Source of the DNA: Pseudomonadota bacterium
GTDB taxonomy: Bacteria > Pseudomonadota > Alphaproteobacteria > Rhodobacterales > Rhodobacteraceae
Assembly (NCBI GenBank): GCA_039033255.1
Contig: JBCCCZ010000001.1
Coordinates: forward strand, 12,457 to 76,456
DNA length: 64,000 bases
Reading direction: 5' to 3'
Below the pieces are notes generated by a model that had not been told where the DNA came from, did no database searches, and saw nothing but the letters and a program-made list of their open reading frames with translations. The position numbers and the translations under genes were made by a program. Numbering within the stretch: the stretch's first letter is position 1; every line of letters starts with the position of its first letter. Positions 39,186 through 48,299 of this stretch are shown one piece after another.

Positions 39186-40646
39186 ATGCGATTTCTAAGG
39201 CAAAGCCTCAGTGGATTGTTCATGCTGGCCCTGTCATTGGGCCTTCTGGCCTATGCAGGCAACGGCATGGTGACCGCATTTCAGGAACGCGCAGCAGAAG
39301 AGCGAAAAGTTCCAGAACGGCGGGAGCGCGAATTTGTCGTGCCGATGATCACGGTCCACCCTGCGCAAGTTACGCCCATTCTGACCGCCTATGGCGAAAT
39401 TCAGAGCCGCCGGACACTGGAGATACGAGCGAAGTCGTCCGGGACATTGGTGGACCTGGCAGAGAATTTCGAGAATGGTGGCGTGGTTCAGGCGGGTGAT
39501 CTGCTCGCTGTGGTGGATCCAACAGACGCCGAATTTGCATTGAGCCGGGCGGAAAGTGAGCTGACTGATGCCCAGGCCGAAGAACGGGAAGCAGAGCGGG
39601 CGCTGATCCTAGCGCGGGACGAAACCGCGGCGGCGGTGGATCAGGCGGGTCTGCGCGAGAAAGCATTCCAGCGACAGGCGGACTTGGAAGCGCGGGGCGT
39701 GGGCACGGCGGCAGCGGTGGAAACCGCAGAGCTTGCGGCCAGTCAGGCGCGGCAATTGGTGATCGTGGCGCGCAAGGCAGAAGCGGCGGCAGAGGCGCGC
39801 CTCGATCAAGCGGAGACGCGGATCGCACGGGCCATGATTGCCTTTGATGAGGCCACACAAAACCTGTCTGACACGCAGATCTTCGCCAAGTTTGACGGCA
39901 CGCTGAGCGATGTGATGGTCGTTGAAGGCGGGCTTGTGTCCGTCAATGAGCGGCTGGGCATGGTTGTGGATGGCAGCGCCTTGGAAGTGTCATTCCGCGT
40001 GTCCACAGCACAGTATAGCCGCCTCACCGATGCAGACGGCCAACTGACGCGCGCCGCTGTTCGGGTGATCTTGTCGAGCTTTGGGACAGGACTTGAATAT
40101 CAGGGTCAGATCAGCCGGGACAGTGCCGCGGTTGGCGAAGGCCAGATCGGACGGCTTGTTTTTGCGAGGTTGCAGGAGGCACCGGCCTTAAAGCCCGGCG
40201 ATTTCGTCACGGTCGAAATCGAAGAACCCGCGCTGGATGGCGCGGTGCGATTGCCCTCTGCGGCGCTTGGCAGTGATGGGAATGTGATGATCCTCGGGGC
40301 GGACAGCCGATTGCAGGCTGTGCCCGTGGCGCTGTTGCGGCGACAGGGCGATGACGTGTTGGTTCGGTCCCGGGATCAGGGCGCGCTGGACGGGGTACAG
40401 GTACTCACCGAGCGCACACCGCTTCTCGGAGAAGGGGTAAAGGTTCAGCCCAAAAGCATTGACCCCGGCCAGGACGATGTGGCGCTGCTCATTCTCTCGG
40501 ATGATCAACGTGCGCGGCTGATTGCCTTTGTTCAGACCGGGCTTGAGGTCAGTGAAGAAATCAAGTTGCAACTTCTGGGCCAGTTGCAGGAGGCGCAAGT
40601 GCCGGCAGATCTGGTAGAACGACTTGAGCGGCGGATCGGCGGGTAA
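39186..40646 (+). CDS. RND efflux periplasmic adaptor (MFP)
   Basis: N-terminal anchor, lipoyl half-motifs (GGVVQAGDLL; IFAKFDGTL), long alpha-hairpin, LKPGDFV. Confidence 0.88.
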   Translation: MRFLRQSLSGLFMLALSLGLLAYAGNGMVTAFQERAAEERKVPERREREFVVPMITVHPAQVTPILTAYGEIQSRRTLEIRAKSSGTLVDLAENFENGGVVQAGDLLAVVDPTDAEFALSRAESELTDAQAEEREAERALILARDETAAAVDQAGLREKAFQRQADLEARGVGTAAAVETAELAASQARQLVIVARKAEAAAEARLDQAETRIARAMIAFDEATQNLSDTQIFAKFDGTLSDVMVVEGGLVSVNERLGMVVDGSALEVSFRVSTAQYSRLTDADGQLTRAAVRVILSSFGTGLEYQGQISRDSAAVGEGQIGRLVFARLQEAPALKPGDFVTVEIEEPALDGAVRLPSAALGSDGNVMILGADSRLQAVPVALLRRQGDDVLVRSRDQGALDGVQVLTERTPLLGEGVKVQPKSIDPGQDDVALLILSDDQRARLIAFVQTGLEVSEEIKLQLLGQLQEAQVPADLVERLERRIGG

Positions 40647-40651
40647 GTTCC

Positions 40652-43600
40652 ATGCGACGCGAAACCCCTGCCCCTGCATCGAATGTCATTTCTTACTTCA
40701 CACGGCACCGCACTGCGGCCAACCTTCTTTTGCTGGTGCTGCTGGTTTTGGGCGCGATTTCGATCCCCAATCTGAGAGCGCAGTTTTTGCCGCAAGTGGT
40801 GGTAAACTCGATCAGCGTCAGCACCACTTGGGACGGGGCAAGCGCAGAAGATATCGATCAGGGCGTGGTGCAGGTGCTCAATCCGTCGCTGCTGACAGTC
40901 GACGGGGTCGATCAGTCTTTTTCTCTCAGCATTGAGGGGCGGTCCTACATTGTGATGGAGTTTGAGCCCGGTTGGGATATGGGGCGCGCTGCCGAAGACG
41001 TGCTTTCAGCTGTCAGCACCGTTGATGAACTGCCCGAAGAGGCCGAAGAACCCAAAGTCACCCGGGATGCCTGGCGTGATCCGGTGACGAAAGTGGTGAT
41101 CACCGGGCAGGTCAGCCCTGAACAATTGGCAAATGTCGCGGATGAAATGGTGTTGCGGCTTTTCGATGAGGGCGTGACGCGGACAGCCATTCAGGGGGTG
41201 GCAGCACCTCTCACGGTCGTGGAAGTGCCATCGGTGAGCCTGATCGCCCATGATATCACCATGGCCGATATCGCCCGGGCCGTGAATGCGCAGGTGGAAG
41301 CAAGCCCGGCGGGTGATCTGGAGGGATCTAACCTGCGCATCAGAACCGGCACACGGGATCGCGACCGAGCGGCGATTGAAGCGATTGTTCTGAAATCCAA
41401 TGCAGACGGCACGAACCTGTCCATTGGCGATGTGGGCTTTGTGAACGTCGAAAGCGTGGCCAGAGACCGGCAGTTTTTTGAAGGTGACGATCCGGCCGTC
41501 ACCGTTCGGATCGAACGTTCGGCTGCAGGCGATGTGTTGGAGGTGCAAGCCATCGTTGACAAGGTCGTTGCGGATCTAATGTCCACCGCACCGCAAGGCA
41601 TCCGGATTGAGCAGTCACAAACGGCCTCGGAGGTCATATCAGACCGGTTGAACCTCCTCATTGACAACGGGCTTCTGGGTCTTTGCCTGGTCCTGTTGCT
41701 GCTGTTTTTGTTCCTTAATGCGCGCACGGCGTTTTGGGTCGCGGCAGGCATTCCCGTGGCAATCATGGGGGCGATTGGTGCGATGTACGTTTTGGGGATC
41801 ACGATCAACATGATCTCCCTTTTCGCGCTGATCATTACATTGGGCATCATCGTGGATGACGCAATTGTGGTGGGCGAACACGCCGATGCCCGCGCCCGTA
41901 AGCTGCGCGAGTTTCCTCATGAAGCCGCAGAGCGGGCGGCCCATCGTATGGCATTGCCGGTGTTTTGTGCGGCGCTGACCACAATGATCGCGTTTTTCGG
42001 GCTGGTCTTCATAGGCGGGGAATTCGGTACATTTATTTCAGACATTCCCTGGACTGTGGTGGCGGTGCTGATCGCCTCACTGATCGAATGCTTCCTGATC
42101 CTGCCCAACCATATGGCCCATGCGTTGGCCCAGTCTGCCAAAGCGCGCTGGTATGACATTCCATCGCACTACGTGAACCGGGGGTTTGTCTGGGTGCGGG
42201 ATACCGGTTTTCGGCCGTTCATGGCGTGGGTCATCGCGTTCCGTTATCCGGTTTTGGCCCTGATCATCGCGCTTTTCATCGGGCAAATTACCATGCTGGT
42301 GTCACGCGATGTGGCCTGGCGGTTTTTTAACGCGCCCGAATCCGGTCAAGTCAACGGGCGGTTCGAAATGGTATCGGGAACAAGCCGCGACGTGACCGTT
42401 GCCATGATGCGCGAATTGCAACGCGCGGCAGATGCCGTGGCAGCCCGATACGAAGAGGAATACGGCCGCAACCCCATCGTACGCGCCACGGCCGAAGCCG
42501 GTGGAAACACGCGCGAAGATAGCGTGAACGTGAAACCCCCAGATGAGCTTGGCGGGATATCGATTGAATTGATCGATGCCGATCTCAGGCCCTATTCCAG
42601 CACCGCGTTTGCCCGCGATCTCCAGCAAGAGGTAAACCGTCCGGCACAGGTCGAAACCCTTAGCTTTCGCAGCGCCTTTGCCGGGCCGGGGCAAGAAAGC
42701 CTTGAGATTGAGATTTATGGCGCCTCGAGCGAGGTCCTCAAACGCGCATCAGAGGCAGTGCAGGCCGAGTTGACGCGTTTTCCTGATGTCACAGGCGTGG
42801 AAGACAATCTGGCCTATGACAAGGATGAGCTTGTTCTGTCACTCACCCCTCAAGGGCAGGCGATGGGGTTCAGTCTGGATGATTTGGGTCGCGTTGTGCG
42901 GCACCGCCTGTCGGGTATTGAGGCCGCAACCTATCCCGCCGGGCGACGCAGCGCCGCTATCCGAGTGGAGCTACCATCCGAGGAGGCCACGGCTGATTTC
43001 ATAGAACGCACCCAATTGCGTGCGCCGAACGGGGCTTATGTACCACTCGCCGAAATTGTGGAGGTCGACCGTCGCAGCGGCTTTGCAACCGTGCGGCGCG
43101 AAAACGGCGCGCAGCAGGTAGACGTCAGCGGGGAAATAGACCGCGGCGACGCGGGCCGCGCCATCGAGATCATTGAGACCATCGAAAATGAGATCCTGCC
43201 AAAGATTGAATCCGCGTATCAGGTGGAAAGCCGGGTGACCGGTCTTGTGCTGCAAGAACGCGAATTTCTTGCCGATGCGCGCTTTGCCTGGATCATGACG
43301 ATCATCGGAATCTATGCTGTGCTGGCTTGGGTATTCGCCAGTTGGACCCGCCCTGCGGTGGTCATGGCTGTCATACCCTTTGGCCTCACGGGCGCGATTT
43401 ACGGCCATTACATCTGGGATGTACCGATGTCGATGTTTACGATTATCGGGCTGTTGGGGGTGACAGGGATCATTATCAACGATTCCATCGTGCTGGTGTC
43501 GACCATCGATGAACATGCCGAAACCCGGGGAATTTATCAGGCCATTATGGAAGGTGCGGCCGACAGGTTAAGGCCGGTGATTTTGACCACTTTGACCACC

Positions 43601-44047
43601 GTGCTGGGACTTGCACCGCTGCTCTTTGAAGGGTCTCAGGCAGCTGAGTTTCTTAAACCGTCAGTGATCACGCTGGTCTACGGCTTGGGTTTTGGGATGG
43701 TGCTGGTGCTGTTCCTCGTGCCCGCATTGGTGGCGATCCAGCATGATCTGAGCCGCAGACGCGTGGCGCTTGGCCGTGCGTTGCGGGCGCGAAAGGCGGG
43801 GGTGAAATGGCCAGTTACGCTGGGCCTTGGCGCGATACTGGCGTGGCTCGGGGTGACCTTGGGCGTGACGGCAATCACGGGCGCGCTTCCCGCCTGGCTG
43901 TACGCGTTTGCGGGGCCAATGGCGGATTGGTCGCCGATGGGTGCGTCTCTGGCGTTTTACGTCATTGGTGTATGTCTCATTGTCATGGCGGCTGCAGCGG
44001 CCGGGTTCATCGCGCAACGCCGGGCTCAACCGGCTGGGCAGCCCTGA
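40652..44047 (+). CDS. RND efflux permease (AcrB/AcrD/AcrF family)
   Basis: GIIVDDAIVVGE, RLRPVILTTLTT; 1131 aa. Confidence 0.93.
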   Translation: MRRETPAPASNVISYFTRHRTAANLLLLVLLVLGAISIPNLRAQFLPQVVVNSISVSTTWDGASAEDIDQGVVQVLNPSLLTVDGVDQSFSLSIEGRSYIVMEFEPGWDMGRAAEDVLSAVSTVDELPEEAEEPKVTRDAWRDPVTKVVITGQVSPEQLANVADEMVLRLFDEGVTRTAIQGVAAPLTVVEVPSVSLIAHDITMADIARAVNAQVEASPAGDLEGSNLRIRTGTRDRDRAAIEAIVLKSNADGTNLSIGDVGFVNVESVARDRQFFEGDDPAVTVRIERSAAGDVLEVQAIVDKVVADLMSTAPQGIRIEQSQTASEVISDRLNLLIDNGLLGLCLVLLLLFLFLNARTAFWVAAGIPVAIMGAIGAMYVLGITINMISLFALIITLGIIVDDAIVVGEHADARARKLREFPHEAAERAAHRMALPVFCAALTTMIAFFGLVFIGGEFGTFISDIPWTVVAVLIASLIECFLILPNHMAHALAQSAKARWYDIPSHYVNRGFVWVRDTGFRPFMAWVIAFRYPVLALIIALFIGQITMLVSRDVAWRFFNAPESGQVNGRFEMVSGTSRDVTVAMMRELQRAADAVAARYEEEYGRNPIVRATAEAGGNTREDSVNVKPPDELGGISIELIDADLRPYSSTAFARDLQQEVNRPAQVETLSFRSAFAGPGQESLEIEIYGASSEVLKRASEAVQAELTRFPDVTGVEDNLAYDKDELVLSLTPQGQAMGFSLDDLGRVVRHRLSGIEAATYPAGRRSAAIRVELPSEEATADFIERTQLRAPNGAYVPLAEIVEVDRRSGFATVRRENGAQQVDVSGEIDRGDAGRAIEIIETIENEILPKIESAYQVESRVTGLVLQEREFLADARFAWIMTIIGIYAVLAWVFASWTRPAVVMAVIPFGLTGAIYGHYIWDVPMSMFTIIGLLGVTGIIINDSIVLVSTIDEHAETRGIYQAIMEGAADRLRPVILTTLTTVLGLAPLLFEGSQAAEFLKPSVITLVYGLGFGMVLVLFLVPALVAIQHDLSRRRVALGRALRARKAGVKWPVTLGLGAILAWLGVTLGVTAITGALPAWLYAFAGPMADWSPMGASLAFYVIGVCLIVMAAAAAGFIAQRRAQPAGQP

Positions 44048-44832
44048 ATATCCACCGCCTCACTGCCCGACAGCACGGTCACCCGAATGTCCTTGCGATC
44101 CAGCGCGAAAGACCGCCCTTCCACGTGGTGCATGGTGGTTTGCGCCACCAATCGTCCGCCCTGACGGGTGGTTTTGGCCTTGGCGACCCAGACCTGCGGG
44201 TCACCCACCTCGATGATCGCGACTTCCTGACCACCCAGACGCGGTACGTCAATTTCCGCACGCAAGCCGAGGCCATCCGACGTGGGCGACACGCGACAGG
44301 CCACGCGCCCAACACCGGCCTCTGACGCCGAGTAGGGCTGGTTGGCCAACGACGCGGCAATCCGAGGATCGCGCTCAGCCGCACCGGGGGACAGGGTGGC
44401 ATTCACGCGAAGCTCTGCCGGAATGCAGACCTCTCTGCACACGCCGATTTCGATGAGACCCTTGAGCCGCACGTCCTTTCCCGCGCGCTGTGGCAGAAGC
44501 TGCATCGGCAAAACCAGTTCGCGCGCATAACCGATGGTGAGCATGCCATGATCGACGGTGATGCGCGGCGTGGGCCAGATCATCTCCACTCCCAGCAGGT
44601 TGCGCGATCCGCGCCAGTCAAACCGGGGCGGGATGCCTGCCTCACCGGGCGAGCGCCAGTAGGTTTTCCACCCATCGGCCATGGTCACGCGCAGTGCGGC
44701 GGTATGGGTGCCATCGGTCCCGCGCCACCCCGGCAGCACTTCCACCTGCACGATATCGCCCAGGTTCTGGGCCGATGCCGGGGCCAACAGGCTCAGCATG
44801 CAGGCAAGAGAGATCATTAGTTTTCGCAACAT
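44026..44832 (-). CDS. DsbD N-terminal-like (protein-disulfide reductase) domain protein
   Basis: Signal peptide; [16 protein letters not shown]; GVCREVCIP. Confidence 0.85.
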   Translation of the reverse strand: MLRKLMISLACMLSLLAPASAQNLGDIVQVEVLPGWRGTDGTHTAALRVTMADGWKTYWRSPGEAGIPPRFDWRGSRNLLGVEMIWPTPRITVDHGMLTIGYARELVLPMQLLPQRAGKDVRLKGLIEIGVCREVCIPAELRVNATLSPGAAERDPRIAASLANQPYSASEAGVGRVACRVSPTSDGLGLRAEIDVPRLGGQEVAIIEVGDPQVWVAKAKTTRQGGRLVAQTTMHHVEGRSFALDRKDIRVTVLSGSEAVDIQGCPAG

Positions 44833-44988
44833 GGCCTCTTTCTGGGTGATTTGAGGTCTGATGCCAACTCACTTTCCCTCGACCTCCGCGCGAGAAATCG
44901 CAAACGTCACGCGACCTGCGCCTTGCACATGACCCCAACTGCCCCCATCATCGGGTCATTCAAAGCGAAAGGGCACGGCGTGCAGGAA

Positions 44989-45543
44989 ATGGATCTCACC
45001 GGCAAGGTATTGATCGCCATGCCCGAAATGGGGGATCCGCGCTTTTCCAGTTCGGTGATTTTCATGTGCGCGTATTCGCCGGAAGGGGCTATGGGGTTGA
45101 TCATCAACAAACCCACAGAAGAGCTGCGCCTGACCAACCTGCTGGACCAGTTGGAGATCACACCCACGAAGGAAGCCCGCGACATGGCCGTTCATTTCGG
45201 CGGGCCGGTGGAACATGGGCGCGGCTTCGTGCTGCACAGCTACGGCTATCATTCTTCGCTGTCGACACTGGATGTGAATGATGATTTCGCCATGACAGCA
45301 ACGCTGGATATTCTGGAAGATCTGGCCAATGGTCGCGGACCGAAACAAGCGTTGATCATGCTAGGCTATGCCGGGTGGGGGCCGGGGCAGCTGGAATCGG
45401 AGATTGCGCAGAACGCCTGGCTTGTGTGCGATGCCGATCCCGAATTGGTCTTTGGGACAAAAGACAAGGACAAATGGGATGCAGCACTGGCCCGGCTGGG
45501 TGTCAGCGCGCTGACCCTGTCAGCCGATGCAGGCCGCGCATGA
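44989..45543 (+). CDS. YqgE/AlgH family protein
   Basis: [40 protein letters not shown]. Confidence 0.92.
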   Translation: MDLTGKVLIAMPEMGDPRFSSSVIFMCAYSPEGAMGLIINKPTEELRLTNLLDQLEITPTKEARDMAVHFGGPVEHGRGFVLHSYGYHSSLSTLDVNDDFAMTATLDILEDLANGRGPKQALIMLGYAGWGPGQLESEIAQNAWLVCDADPELVFGTKDKDKWDAALARLGVSALTLSADAGRA

Positions 45544-45943
45544 CCGGCGCACTTTATGTTCATGACCTTGGGTTGAATGCCGGTGGTGGGTCCATCTTCG
45601 TCAACACGCTCTTCAACTGCCACACCCACTTTTGATCAACGCATTGGTGGATAAGGACCGCGGTCACCTGATTGTTTTGGCCGTGGCGACGAGCAAACCA
45701 AATAATGTATCACTGCCGTCAGCAGATCAAACACGTTGGACGGCAGGCGTGACCGGCGCGCCGATGGTGGGGTCGTGATGGATTTGGACAGCGGACAGTG
45801 AGCCATGGTGCGGCGTGCAAGTGATTGATCTGGAAAAAGGCAACTGCGTGGTTTGGCTGCGCATCGATAGCGCGGTGGCGGAATTGTACGATCTGACGCT
45901 GGTTTCCGGATAACACTACCCCATGGCCATCGCGCCAGGTTCA
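45540..45943 (+). pseudogene. degraded TIGR03032/DUF4915-family gene remnant
   Basis: Fragments in different frames: [19 protein letters not shown]; INALVDKDRGHL; ITAVSRSNTLDGRRDRRADGGVVMD; DSEPWCGVQVIDL..WLRIDSAVAELYDL. Internal deletions, frameshifts and a TAA at 45911. Family assignment is from memory. Confidence 0.6.
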
Positions 45944-46206
45944 TCTTAGGCTGCCAGGCTGATCACCTTTGAAACGTAAGTCCTGCGGTGCAAATGAGCG
46001 CGGATTTGAGTATTTCTGGAAAGATGAAGATAGATAAATCGGCAGACCATGATTTGCTTTGGCGAACGAAACCAATCTGCGCCATCTGCAGACAGTCCAT
46101 AGGTCTGACGCCAGCAAATTTTCGCTGTTTGGGCACATTCAAAGGCTGCCCATAGTAACACAGGCTTGCATGAACAAGCTCGCTTGGACTCATCCAGGAC
46201 CGCAGG

Positions 46207-46983
46207 TCACACCATTGCCAGGGTGTTCAAGTGCTTTCGTGGCAGAACAGCCAAAACCGCGGACACATGGTTTGTTTGGACGACGACCAGATACTTTTGA
46301 CGGTCCAGTTCAAAAGCCCGGCATTCGCGTTTTCCATCGGGGCCTCTCCACGTGTCAGTTTTTGGTACAACGTTGCGCGTGTACTCTCTCCAAAAGGACT
46401 TCAATCGACCCACTTCCGTCTCCGGGCCCTGTTCACATGAGAACGACAGGCAAGGGGTTGCATGCAGCGACGCAATTGACGTTTCCTTTAAGACCTCCAA
46501 AACATCAACCGGATCAGCGTCATTCCATCTTTCGATCAGGCCCAGCGCGCGTGCTAAAAGATCTGTGGACACGGAAACACCGGCATCTTTTAACGGCGCA
46601 ATTTTTTGCGGTGGACGCAGGCAGATGGTTTCACTTTCCGCCACAAATGACTGCAAGAGTTCTGCGAACTGCTGCGCCAGTTTTTGCGGCGAGTTTGGTG
46701 CCGTTTCGGGTTCAAAACCTTTGGCCTTTACCGCCAGCAAACGACGGTTGGACGCGTGCAATTCAATTTGCCGTCTTCTCCCATTTTCGAAGACGATCCG
46801 GCGAGGCAACATTGTCTCATCAATCTCAATCAGAATCCTGCGCAATTCAGGATATCTATCCGGGCCTGTCTCAATCAGCGGTTGCGCGCGGCCAAAACCA
46901 ATGCGCGCAAATCTATCCACCATCTGCTTGAACGCTTGGCGTTGGTCCTGATGCGGATGCGGCTCTTTTTGCTTGAGCCTCAT
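46207..46983 (-). CDS. hypothetical protein, last gene of the kinase-dynamin operon
   Basis: Start MRLKQK overlaps the upstream stop (TGATG); 258 aa; no recognisable motif. Confidence 0.7.
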   Translation of the reverse strand: MRLKQKEPHPHQDQRQAFKQMVDRFARIGFGRAQPLIETGPDRYPELRRILIEIDETMLPRRIVFENGRRRQIELHASNRRLLAVKAKGFEPETAPNSPQKLAQQFAELLQSFVAESETICLRPPQKIAPLKDAGVSVSTDLLARALGLIERWNDADPVDVLEVLKETSIASLHATPCLSFSCEQGPETEVGRLKSFWREYTRNVVPKTDTWRGPDGKRECRAFELDRQKYLVVVQTNHVSAVLAVLPRKHLNTLAMV

Positions 46984-47351
46984 CACAGTTCCCTCAATAT
47001 CTTGGACAAGGTCTGATGCGCGTCGGCGGTCAGAGTATCCAGGTCTGAGCTGGCATCGCTCACCAAGCACAAAAACTCTGCGGCATCCGTGCTGTCTTTG
47101 ACAAACACAGTCACCGACTTGCCATTCACTTGGATGACTTCATTGGCCCGTTCTTCGGCAGACCAGATATGGCGCGCGCACTCCAAAGTGAGAAAGGAGG
47201 ACGCGGCTTGTTCGCAAAACCGGTCAAGATGTTCCCGCTTGTAGGTTGTGTCGTGGCTGGCGCGTAGAACGATCTGCGCTTTGGCATCACCGAATGCCAC
47301 CACGTGGCATCCCGGACTGGAAAGACGCAGTGCTTCAAGATGATGTTTCAT
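46983..47351 (-). CDS. small hypothetical protein, possibly Roadblock/LC7 (MglB)-like fold
   Basis: AAGGA SD; 122 aa; helix-PG-strand-D-strand-helix-three strands-helix pattern (LEALRLSSPGCHVVAFGD...). Confidence 0.65.
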   Translation of the reverse strand: MKHHLEALRLSSPGCHVVAFGDAKAQIVLRASHDTTYKREHLDRFCEQAASSFLTLECARHIWSAEERANEVIQVNGKSVTVFVKDSTDAAEFLCLVSDASSDLDTLTADAHQTLSKILREL

Positions 47352-47399
47352 TGACGGTCCTTGTTGGTTTTCTGATGACAAAGCTTTTGGCCAAGCAGG

Positions 47400-48299
47400 C
47401 TAGAAAATTGGGGGGGCGGTGTGCTCGGGTTGGTTTCGGTTGGTTCGCTCCCGCCCGGGATGCAAGCGGACACGACGAGGAACCACTTTTTTGTCACTGT
47501 CTTCACCTGGCGCGGGGTTACGTTTGCAAATTTGCGTCGCGCCCTGATCAGAGCCCATGGCGCGGGCAGCAACGTCAATCGGTGCCGAAGATTTTTCTTC
47601 GCGCCGCAATAGCATTTCGACCAAGAAATCACTGAAGGCCGCAGCACCGCTGTCTTTCCACGTTTCTTCATTGGACGCGTTGATTGCATCCATCAGCGCA
47701 AGTGGAAACACATCCTCAAAGAGCCCGTTGGTTTCCTTCTTCACGCGTGCGATCAGCCGCGCGCGATCTCGTTCCGTTTTGATTTTATCGAACTGCGTGA
47801 CGACCAGTATGTTATTGCCATTCGTCTGGCCTTCAATCTCAGCCCAGACTGCGGCCTCGGATTGGCGCCAGGCCTGCGTCGCGTGGGTGCACCAGATCAC
47901 GCAGTCAACCTCATCAAAAACCTGTTTCCAGACGTCGCTCGACATGTTGGGGTCTGAAATGCCTGGCATATCGATCAGGTCGCAGATTTCCAGCGCATCC
48001 GATTGCATGTAAAGCCGGACAAACTTCGTTCCCTGCAAGCCAATGCTTTCAAGGTCACCTGGATCAATGGTTTCTTCCGTGCCGTCCACCAGAACCCGTA
48101 CTGCCGCGTCAGATCCATGGGAAATCCAAACCGGCGGAGCGTTTGTTGCCGTCACCTTTACAGGTAAGGGATCGCCCGTCAGAAGCATGTTCAAAAGCGT
48201 GCTTTTTCCAGCGCTGAATTCACCCATCAAACCGATACGGGGTTTGCGCGCAGGGCCGTCCTCATCCATGTTGGACACTTGGAGTGGATCGCTCATCAT
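47400..48299 (-). CDS. dynamin-like GTPase (short, G-domain only)
   Basis: G1 GEFSAGKS, G2 LPVKVTAT, G3 LIDMPG, G4 TQFD. Confidence 0.88.
   Translation of the reverse strand: MMSDPLQVSNMDEDGPARKPRIGLMGEFSAGKSTLLNMLLTGDPLPVKVTATNAPPVWISHGSDAAVRVLVDGTEETIDPGDLESIGLQGTKFVRLYMQSDALEICDLIDMPGISDPNMSSDVWKQVFDEVDCVIWCTHATQAWRQSEAAVWAEIEGQTNGNNILVVTQFDKIKTERDRARLIARVKKETNGLFEDVFPLALMDAINASNEETWKDSGAAAFSDFLVEMLLRREEKSSAPIDVAARAMGSDQGATQICKRNPAPGEDSDKKVVPRRVRLHPGRERTNRNQPEHTAPPIF

Noticed and set aside
45544-46200. att direct repeat of the tRNA-Met 3' end
   Set aside because: No match to TGGTAGCGGAGGAGGGAC found by eye, so the island's left boundary is unproven
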